The notes beneath the pieces were generated by a model that worked only from the letters and a program-made list of their open reading frames with translations, had not been told where the DNA came from and did not search any database. This document shows, piece after piece, positions 57,422 through 64,000 of a stretch of DNA of 64,000 bases. A program made the translations under genes and the position numbers. Positions within the stretch are counted from its first letter, which is position 1. Every line of letters begins with the position of its first letter. Source of the DNA: an uncultured delta proteobacterium (GTDB lineage Bacteria; Desulfobacterota; Binatia; UBA9968); assembly GCA_963745835.1 (NCBI GenBank), contig CAVUZH010000016.1, forward strand, positions 160,001-224,000, in the 5' to 3' direction.

Positions 57422-58048
57422 ATGGGCAGTATTGAAGCGTTGAGCCTGGCAATGGGAACAGCTTGGACTGCCGGCATCAACCTGTATGCCACTGTGGCGG
57501 CTTTGGGGCTGGCAGGACGCTTCGAAATGATCCGCTTGCCACAAAGCCTGGAGGTGCTCACCAATCCCTTCGTCATCGCAGTTGCGTGCATCATGTATGC
57601 GATCGAATTTTTCGCCGACAAAATCCCTTTTGTCGACAACGGTTGGGACGTGTTACACACGTTCATTCGAGTACCCGCCGGCGCCATCCTAGCAGCGCGT
57701 TCGTTGGGTGACATGAGCCCGGGCTTGGAATTCGCCGCCCTGCTGGCTGGCGGCAGCATTGCGTTGGCAGCGCATGGCACCAAGGCAACCAGCCGTTTAG
57801 CAATCAACTCCAGCCCCGAACCATTTAGCAACTGGATCGCCAGCTTTGTTGAGGACATCGCGGTTTTGGGCGGCATTTGGATCATCTTCAATTATCCATG
57901 GCTGATGCTCGTGTTAGTTGTTGTTTTCCTGGCGCTGATGCTTTGGATTGTGCCAAAAATATTTCGCTTGGCTAAGCGTGGGTTTAGCATGCTGCGCGCG
58001 CGACTCGGCGGGATCAAACCGGGGCAAGCAAGCACGAGTACCCCCTGA
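57422..58048 (+). CDS. DUF4126 family membrane protein
   Basis: AGINLYAT, EFFADKIP..DNGWD.LHTFIRVPAGA, SPEPFSNW.ASFVED. Confidence 0.85.
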   Translation: MGSIEALSLAMGTAWTAGINLYATVAALGLAGRFEMIRLPQSLEVLTNPFVIAVACIMYAIEFFADKIPFVDNGWDVLHTFIRVPAGAILAARSLGDMSPGLEFAALLAGGSIALAAHGTKATSRLAINSSPEPFSNWIASFVEDIAVLGGIWIIFNYPWLMLVLVVVFLALMLWIVPKIFRLAKRGFSMLRARLGGIKPGQASTSTP

Positions 58049-58115
58049 GGCGCTTTCAGACGCGCTCATAATTCATCGCCAACACAAGCCGACGAGCACA
58101 TGTAAACTCGAGGAT

Positions 58116-59006
58116 ATGGAAGAAGACGTTGACAAGCTAACAGCCGATCTGCCGCCAACACCACTGACTCTCGACGGCTCTTATCTACTGCACCAAATGT
58201 TTCGTGTGCGCTGGGCCGCTTGGCGCGCGCTCAGTGCTGCCGAGCAAGAGGCGCTTCTCAACCAAGCCACGGCGATATTTCGCGGCATGGAAGACAACAA
58301 ACAGGAAGCCACCGGATTGTTCGCCATGCTCGGTCACAAAGGCGACCTGATGTTGGTGCATTTTCGCAAAGCCTTAGACGCCTTGAACCTCGCCGAACTC
58401 GAGCTCGCGCAATTAAGACTGCTCGATTTTCTCGAGCCGATGACATCCTATCTTTCGGTTGTCGAGCTTGGACTCTACGAAGCTTCGGTAAAACTGTACG
58501 CCGAGCTAATGGCCCGAGCTCTACGGCCCGGCACCGCGGAGTGGAACCGGGAAGTGGAAGCCGAATTGGCCAAGCAGCGGCAGGCAGCGGCGCCGCGCCT
58601 GTGGCCGGAGATTCCGCAGCGCCGTTATTTGTGTTTTTACCCGATGAATAAGTTTCGCGGCGAAGCCAGGAATTGGTACAACGAGCCAATCCGCGAACGG
58701 CAACGAATGATGCGCGAGCACGGCATGATCGGACGCCATTATGCCGGCCGCGTCAATCAGATTATTTCAGGCTCCATAGGCTTCGACGATTGGGAATGGG
58801 GAGTCGATCTCTTCGCCGATGACCCGCTGGTTTTCAAAAAACTCGTTTACGAGATGCGCTTCGATGAAGCCAGCGCGATTTACGGCCTGTTCGGCACGTT
58901 CTACATCGGGCTGCGCTTTCCTGCCGATCAACTTGAAAAACTTTTTTCACGGCGAAGCGCCTACATTTCGCTAAGCCAGTTCGCGTTGAGACATCGAATG
59001 GTTTGA
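58116..59006 (+). CDS. hemQ: Coproheme decarboxylase (ChdC/HemQ, chlorite dismutase family)
   Basis: PLTLDG, GHKGDLM, SYLSVVEL, ChdC motif YPMNK, WY, MREHGMIG, GFDDWEWGV, EMRFDE. Confidence 0.85.
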   Translation: MEEDVDKLTADLPPTPLTLDGSYLLHQMFRVRWAAWRALSAAEQEALLNQATAIFRGMEDNKQEATGLFAMLGHKGDLMLVHFRKALDALNLAELELAQLRLLDFLEPMTSYLSVVELGLYEASVKLYAELMARALRPGTAEWNREVEAELAKQRQAAAPRLWPEIPQRRYLCFYPMNKFRGEARNWYNEPIRERQRMMREHGMIGRHYAGRVNQIISGSIGFDDWEWGVDLFADDPLVFKKLVYEMRFDEASAIYGLFGTFYIGLRFPADQLEKLFSRRSAYISLSQFALRHRMV

Positions 59007-59027
59007 TACTTGACGGCCGGAGGCGCC

Positions 59028-59789
59028 ATGAGATTGCACAACAAAGTCGTGGTTATTACCGGCGCCGCGCACGGTATCGGCAAGGCCTATGCGCGCAGGT
59101 TCGCCGAAGAAGGCGCCCAGGTGGTGGTCGCCGATATCGATAGCCAAGGCGGCCGCACAGTCGCACAAGCGTTGACGGATTTAGGATTCTGCGCATGGGC
59201 GCGCGCTACCGACGTCACAGACTATTTAGATGTCCAAGGTTTGATGCTGGAGACGGCCGAAAAGTTCGGCGTCATCGATGTGCTGCTCAACAACGCGGCG
59301 ATCTACGTCACGCAAAAACTTTGGAAAGGACCGGTCGAAGATCTTGATCTGGCGGAGTGGGACCGAGTTATTGAAGTAAACCTGAAAGGCGTTTTCCTCT
59401 GCTGTAAGGCGGCGATCCCAATCATGAAGCGGCAACGCAGTGGCAAGATCATCAACATTGCCTCGGGCACGTTTTTCAGCGGCTCCGGCAACATGCCGCA
59501 TTACACAACCGCAAAAGGCGGCGTGGTCGCGCTAACGCGAGTCATGGCCCGACAACTGGGAGCATGGAACATCAATGTCAATTGCATGACCCCTGGCTCG
59601 ACCATGAGTGAGGATTCGGTCACCGATGATGTGCTCAAGCGGCGCGAGGGCAGTATGGATAAACGCGCTTTCCGTCGCGTCGAAACGCCGGCGGACATCG
59701 TCGGGACGGCGCTATTTTTGGCTAGTTCCGACAGCGATTTTATTACCGGACAGTTACTCGTAGTGGAAGGTGGCGGCATCATGCATTGA
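59028..59789 (+). CDS. Short-chain dehydrogenase/reductase
   Basis: TGAAHGIG, NNAA, YTTAKGG, FITGQ. Confidence 0.92.
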   Translation: MRLHNKVVVITGAAHGIGKAYARRFAEEGAQVVVADIDSQGGRTVAQALTDLGFCAWARATDVTDYLDVQGLMLETAEKFGVIDVLLNNAAIYVTQKLWKGPVEDLDLAEWDRVIEVNLKGVFLCCKAAIPIMKRQRSGKIINIASGTFFSGSGNMPHYTTAKGGVVALTRVMARQLGAWNINVNCMTPGSTMSEDSVTDDVLKRREGSMDKRAFRRVETPADIVGTALFLASSDSDFITGQLLVVEGGGIMH

Positions 59790-59833
59790 ACCGGTGCCCT
59801 CGATCGGCAATCGACAGTGACCCTCAACCGATC

Positions 59834-60343
59834 TCAAGCCGACTGCCCCATGACACCGTAGACATGTCCGCACTCGCTGCAGAAAACAACGCTGAAGGGC
59901 GCAAGAACGAATTGCTTGCCGCGGGATGATCCGGCCCCGCCTTTACGCGAGACGATGTAATCCGTGCCCAGCGCGGAGCATTGCGGGCATTTAGGTTGCG
60001 GTTCAGTTTTGGATTGTGATTCAGCCTTTCCTTTGAAATCGTACGAGTGGTTAAATCCTTGATGAATGTGCTCGCCAAACTGCTCGGCCTGTGGCTTTTC
60101 TTCCTGCGGCTCTTCTTCACCGGGTGGGCGTGTCGCCCGATCGTAGATGCTGCGCTTGCTGCTGTCGGATAAAATACCATAAGCCTGTAACACTTGTGTG
60201 AATTTTTCCGCCGCCTGTTTATCGTCGGGATTTCGGTCAGGGTGATAGCGAAACGCCATCTTCCGGTATGCTTGTTTGATTTCGGCTTCGCTGGCGTTTC
60301 GTTTAAGGCCCAGCAAAGAGTAAAAATCAATTAGATTCTCCAA
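59834..60343 (-). CDS. J-domain protein with C-terminal zinc ribbon
   Basis: [24 protein letters not shown]; C-terminal CPQC...CSECGH. Confidence 0.88.
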   Translation of the reverse strand: MENLIDFYSLLGLKRNASEAEIKQAYRKMAFRYHPDRNPDDKQAAEKFTQVLQAYGILSDSSKRSIYDRATRPPGEEEPQEEKPQAEQFGEHIHQGFNHSYDFKGKAESQSKTEPQPKCPQCSALGTDYIVSRKGGAGSSRGKQFVLAPFSVVFCSECGHVYGVMGQSA

Positions 60344-60399
60344 AATCGCCTCACAAAGATTTTTCTCGCTCGCCGCCCTACCACTGCGCGATGGGAAGT

Positions 60400-60900
60400 T
60401 TAGCGGCCGTGGCTGGGAAGCTTCACCGAATGATCAACTTTACGGCGTTGTTTGTACATGCTGACGCACATGTCATAAATGGCACTACCGTCTCGATCGT
60501 CCACAATTCGCTCGCCCTCCTTGGTCTCATATTCGACTGAAAAAGAAGGGCTGCTGCCCGGCGCTTCGTTGTTTGAAATGCGGATAAGCCGGGCTTGATT
60601 TTTATCGAGGTAGCCGCCAATGGCCCGGAGAATCTGGACAAGGCTAACGAACTCTTTTGTCGGTGAAGATGTTCCGCGCTGCTCCTGGCCGGCGCTATCG
60701 AGCTCGAGAATTTCCCCCGGCGTATATTGAAGGCTTACCGGCATCGGCGCCGGTGGAGGTTGGTAGCCCGCCAGCACAATGTACCCGGTAGTGTCCAAGA
60801 TGATATCAAGCGTGCGTAATCCCCGGCTTTCGAGATCCTGACCAATACATCGAAGAGCCGTTGAATAATTGACGGGATGCAGCCGTGCCAGCCTTCTCAT
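60400..60900 (-). CDS. Hypothetical protein with internal duplication (paralogue A)
   Basis: [13 protein letters not shown] and [13 protein letters not shown] halves; homologous to 61080-61517. Confidence 0.8.
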   Translation of the reverse strand: MRRLARLHPVNYSTALRCIGQDLESRGLRTLDIILDTTGYIVLAGYQPPPAPMPVSLQYTPGEILELDSAGQEQRGTSSPTKEFVSLVQILRAIGGYLDKNQARLIRISNNEAPGSSPSFSVEYETKEGERIVDDRDGSAIYDMCVSMYKQRRKVDHSVKLPSHGR

Positions 60901-60974
60901 ACCTTCCCAAAAATCCTTATAACGGGGTTATGATCGAGAAGGGAAATGGTACGAATAGTGTTCGGAAAAATCAA

Positions 60975-61070
60975 CCGAATTCTTGCGCGCCAGGTGGAGT
61001 CTCCCGCCACCGAAATCACCGCACGGTGAGGACACATCCATCTTAATTCACTCCGCCGATTTCTTGCGCG
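60975..61070. repeat. 15-bp imperfect direct repeat
   Basis: CCGAATTCTTGCGCG (60975-60989) and CCGATTTCTTGCGCG (61056-61070). Confidence 0.6.
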
Positions 61071-61079
61071 GCCGAGTAG

Positions 61080-61517
61080 TCACTTCCTCTGTTGGCGCAA
61101 AGAGTTAGTGATCTCATCGAGCGCTGGCTTCGACAGAGTGTTCTCCACTTGGCTGCCATCGGGCAATGCAAATTCAACCCGGTAAGCGATCTCTGGCCCA
61201 AACAAATCATAATTAGCGACACGCAGCAGCCGGCCCTTCTCCCGATCTACATACCCTCCCAGGCTTCGGAGAGTGCCAGGGAGCGATTCCGCGCTGATAA
61301 CAGAAAAATCGCCGGTACGTTTCAACTGGCCCATGAAATCTATTTGTTCGAGAATTCTGCTGGTATAACAAAGAGACAGAAGATTACCTGGCGGCGGCAG
61401 ATCGCAGTCACATTGAACCCGGTACTCGGATTGCTTGACGCTGATATCATAGACCAGCGCGCCATGGCCCTCTAAATCTTGGCCGATGGCGCGCAGAGCC
61501 TGCCCATATGTCAACAT
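61080..61517 (-). CDS. Hypothetical protein with internal duplication (paralogue B)
   Basis: YGQALRAIGQDLE and LPGTLRSLGGYVD halves; start at ATG 61517. Confidence 0.78.
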   Translation of the reverse strand: MLTYGQALRAIGQDLEGHGALVYDISVKQSEYRVQCDCDLPPPGNLLSLCYTSRILEQIDFMGQLKRTGDFSVISAESLPGTLRSLGGYVDREKGRLLRVANYDLFGPEIAYRVEFALPDGSQVENTLSKPALDEITNSLRQQRK

Positions 61518-61539
61518 TAAGACAAAGAAGAAGGGATAA

Positions 61540-62169
61540 CTAAGTTTCCGGCAACTTCGCGAGCGCATCCATCACGCCGATCATGCTGTCGCGCGTGACC
61601 AGCCTCGCTAGCTCCGTCTCGCTCAATCCTTCGGTCCCTTTCGGACGCAGTGGCAAAACCAAATAGCGGATATCCGCGGTGCTATCGTGCACCCGCACTT
61701 CGACGTCGTCGGGGAGTACAAGACCGAATTCACGCATCACGCCACGGGGGTCGTTTACCGAGCGCTGACGATAGTTGAAGCTCTTGTACCAATCGGGCGG
61801 GCGCCCCAGAATCGGACGTGGATAACAGGAGCACAACGTGCAAACCACCATGTGGCGAACTTTCTCGGTATTTTCTAAAACGACAAATTCGTTAAGCGCG
61901 GTAGCGTCGATTCCGAGCTCGGCGCAAGCCGCTTTAGGGTCGGCAATCAGACGCTCCTTAAACGCCGGGTCGACCCAGGCGCGGGCGACGATCTTCGCGC
62001 CATTGGCCGGAGAACGCGCTTCCTGATACTCGATTTGACTTTGAATATCCTCCTCAGTGATGACGCCTTTCTCTAGCAGTAAATCCCGGATCGCATAGAT
62101 TCGCTTAGCCTGCGGGCTGAGTTCATGCTGGGGATGTTCGTGTCCGTGCCCGTCAACTGATGTGCTCAT
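61540..62169 (-). CDS. Co-type nitrile hydratase alpha / thiocyanate hydrolase gamma-like subunit
   Basis: GAKIVARAWVDPAFK, metal motif VCTLCSCYPRPILG, VRVHDS, LVTRDSMIGV; His-rich N-terminus; GGAGG SD. Confidence 0.93.
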   Translation of the reverse strand: MSTSVDGHGHEHPQHELSPQAKRIYAIRDLLLEKGVITEEDIQSQIEYQEARSPANGAKIVARAWVDPAFKERLIADPKAACAELGIDATALNEFVVLENTEKVRHMVVCTLCSCYPRPILGRPPDWYKSFNYRQRSVNDPRGVMREFGLVLPDDVEVRVHDSTADIRYLVLPLRPKGTEGLSETELARLVTRDSMIGVMDALAKLPET

Positions 62170-62479
62170 CCTTCTGTCCTCCGTACCCTGCCGGTTCCAA
62201 CCAATGATCGTAAATGTCAACGCACACTTTGTCGCCCGGCGCTTGCGTCGCTCCCCAGACATCGGCATGATTGAAGGCAACAAGATAGAGCGTTCGCCTC
62301 GGCAATCCGTCCCCGCCAAAGGCAAGCGATTCGGGGTTTAAGAAGTCGCCATAGACTCGCTCCACCCGGCCGGTCTTGCCGCGAATATAATACGGTGTGC
62401 GAATGTGTCCAGGGCGATGCTCGTTCAACACTCGCACGGCATCACCCGGCCGGAATCTGCCGGTTGCCGGGTGGATCAT
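62153..62479 (-). CDS. Nitrile hydratase beta C-terminal (SH3-like) subunit, ScnA-like
   Basis: RFRPGDAVRV, GHIRTPYYIRGKTG, PESLA, LYLVAF...VWG, VDIYDHWLEPA. Confidence 0.9.
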   Translation of the reverse strand: MIHPATGRFRPGDAVRVLNEHRPGHIRTPYYIRGKTGRVERVYGDFLNPESLAFGGDGLPRRTLYLVAFNHADVWGATQAPGDKVCVDIYDHWLEPAGYGGQKDEHIS

Positions 62480-62787
62480 GGCTCTCCCCACTTTTTCTCG
62501 AATTCGACGACCCTCTTGTCGATCTCATCTTTTGTCAGAATGCCTTTTTCGATCAGGATAGTCTCCATGCTGGCAATCCAACGCTCGTAATAATTCATTT
62601 CGCGATAGGCATCGGAATCCATCTCCTCGCGGGCGCGCCGCAGTTCATCGGTTCGCTTGACTCCCCTGGCGCCCAACGCTTGATTGATCGCGTCTGCCAG
62701 AATCTCCCAATCTGAAAGCTCGTGCTGCGATTTTTCGATCGGTCCGGCCCCGGGTAGCCCGCCGATGTCGTGATGTCCTCTTTGCAT
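62476..62787 (-). CDS. Nitrile hydratase beta N-terminal subunit, ScnB-like
   Basis: HDIGG, WE, DELRRAREEM..DAY..MNYYERW, LIEKGILT. Confidence 0.88.
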   Translation of the reverse strand: MQRGHHDIGGLPGAGPIEKSQHELSDWEILADAINQALGARGVKRTDELRRAREEMDSDAYREMNYYERWIASMETILIEKGILTKDEIDKRVVEFEKKWGEP

Positions 62788-62800
62788 GACTCTACTCCAA

Positions 62801-64000
62801 TCAACCCTTCAGTCGTTCGGCCAAGGCTTTGTGTTCTTCCTTGATGCCGCTCGGTAGGTGGTCACCGAATTTATCGAAATATTCACCTTGGCTTTTTAAA
62901 TTCGCTTTCCATGCGTCGCGGTCGACAGTCACTAACTGTTCAAGATCCGATTTAGAAACATTAAGTCCATCGCCGTTGAGGCTCGAAGTCTTGGGAACAT
63001 AGCCGATCGGCGTCTCATCGGCTTGACCGCCGCCCTTTGAGCGTTCGACAACCCAGCGCAGTACCCGCAAGTTCTCGCCGAATCCCGGCCAGATAAATTT
63101 TCCTTGATCATTCCGTTGAAACCAATTGACGCGAAATATTTTCGGCGGATTGCTGGCTCGCTTCGCGATGGACAGCCAATGGCCCCAATAGTCGCCCATG
63201 TTGTAACCACAAAACGGTAGCATCGCCATGGGATCGCGCCGCACAACTCCGACCGCGCCTGTGGCCGCAGCGGTAGTTTCCGAAGCTAAAGTGGCACCGA
63301 GGAAAGTGCCGTGTTGCCAATCAAAGGACTGGTAAACCAGAGGGACCACTTTATTGCGGCGGGCGCCAAATAAAATTGCGCTGATCGGCACCCCTTCCGG
63401 TTTTTCCCATTCGGGAGAGTACGTTGGACACTGTTTCAGTGACACTGTGAATCGGGAGTTCGGATGCGCCGCCGGATGACCGCCCTTCGGATCCCACGCC
63501 TTGCCGCGCCAATCAATTGCGTTGGCCGGCACCGGATCATCGTGTCCTTCCCACCACACTGTGCCGTCGGATCGAAGCGCCACATTTGTAAATATCGTGT
63601 CCCTTTGAACGGTTTTCATCGCATTGGGATTGGTTTTAGATCCGGTCCCCGGCGCTACGCCGAAGAAGCCGGCTTCAGGATTAATCGCCCACAATCTACC
63701 GTCCGAACCGACCCTGAGCCAGGATATATCATCGCCCACGGTGTGGATCTTCCATCCCTTCATACTCGCCGGCGGAACCAACATGGCGAGGTTGGTTTTT
63801 CCGCATGCGCTCGGGAAGGCCCCGCAGATATAATGAATCTCGCCGTCCGGGCTCTCGACGCCTACGATCAGCATGTGCTCGGCGAGCCAGCCTTCTTTTT
63901 CACCGAGTTTACTGGCGATTCGCAGCGCCAAACATTTTTTGGCAAGCAAGGCGTTGCCACCATATCCGGAGCCGACACTCCAGATTGTATTATCTTGAGG
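62801..64000 (-). CDS. pckA: Phosphoenolpyruvate carboxykinase (GTP); 5' end outside the window
   Basis: [69 protein letters not shown]. Confidence 0.96.
   Translation of the reverse strand, partial: PQDNTIWSVGSGYGGNALLAKKCLALRIASKLGEKEGWLAEHMLIVGVESPDGEIHYICGAFPSACGKTNLAMLVPPASMKGWKIHTVGDDISWLRVGSDGRLWAINPEAGFFGVAPGTGSKTNPNAMKTVQRDTIFTNVALRSDGTVWWEGHDDPVPANAIDWRGKAWDPKGGHPAAHPNSRFTVSLKQCPTYSPEWEKPEGVPISAILFGARRNKVVPLVYQSFDWQHGTFLGATLASETTAAATGAVGVVRRDPMAMLPFCGYNMGDYWGHWLSIAKRASNPPKIFRVNWFQRNDQGKFIWPGFGENLRVLRWVVERSKGGGQADETPIGYVPKTSSLNGDGLNVSKSDLEQLVTVDRDAWKANLKSQGEYFDKFGDHLPSGIKEEHKALAERLKG

Noticed and set aside
58116-59006. Functional chlorite dismutase
   Set aside because: The YPMNK motif and overall pattern fit ChdC/HemQ; no (per)chlorate reductase genes nearby.
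22872-62787. Functional link between the queuosine genes and the three-subunit nitrile hydratase (toyocamycin-like deazapurine pathway)
   Set aside because: They are more than 36 kb apart with unrelated genes between; queA/tgt are in their usual housekeeping context and no queCDE/toy genes are present.
1-64000. tRNA, rRNA, CRISPR arrays, IS elements, prophage
   Set aside because: By eye I found no cloverleaf motifs, regularly spaced repeats, or transposase, integrase or phage ORFs; short or divergent ncRNAs could have been missed.

Overview
Bacterial genomic window with about 58 densely packed genes. The mix of many TctC/Bug and NitT/TauT transporters, xanthine-dehydrogenase-family subunits, UbiD, ChdC and MlaA suggests a diderm 'deltaproteobacterial'/Binatia-like soil organism (inference). 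I found no rRNA, tRNA, CRISPR array or transposase. Contents: (i) a GntR-headed catabolic cluster (cyclic amidohydrolase plus three-subunit molybdenum hydroxylase) with a sigma70 promoter and a perfect 28-bp palindrome; (ii) a housekeeping block coaBC-udg-nfeD-slipin-queA-tgt-yajC-secD-secF-recJ ending in a YhhQ queuosine-precursor transporter; (iii) transport, RNA-modification and catabolic genes; (iv) a three-subunit, thiocyanate-hydrolase-like Co nitrile hydratase followed by two tandem paralogues of unknown function. The most striking observation is that the normally essential coaBC gene is split exactly at the CoaC/CoaB linker. The break is an in-phase A_AAA_AAG slippery heptamer followed by a GC-rich hairpin, the architecture of a programmed -1 ribosomal frameshift. 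A homopolymer sequencing error cannot be excluded from this sequence alone.
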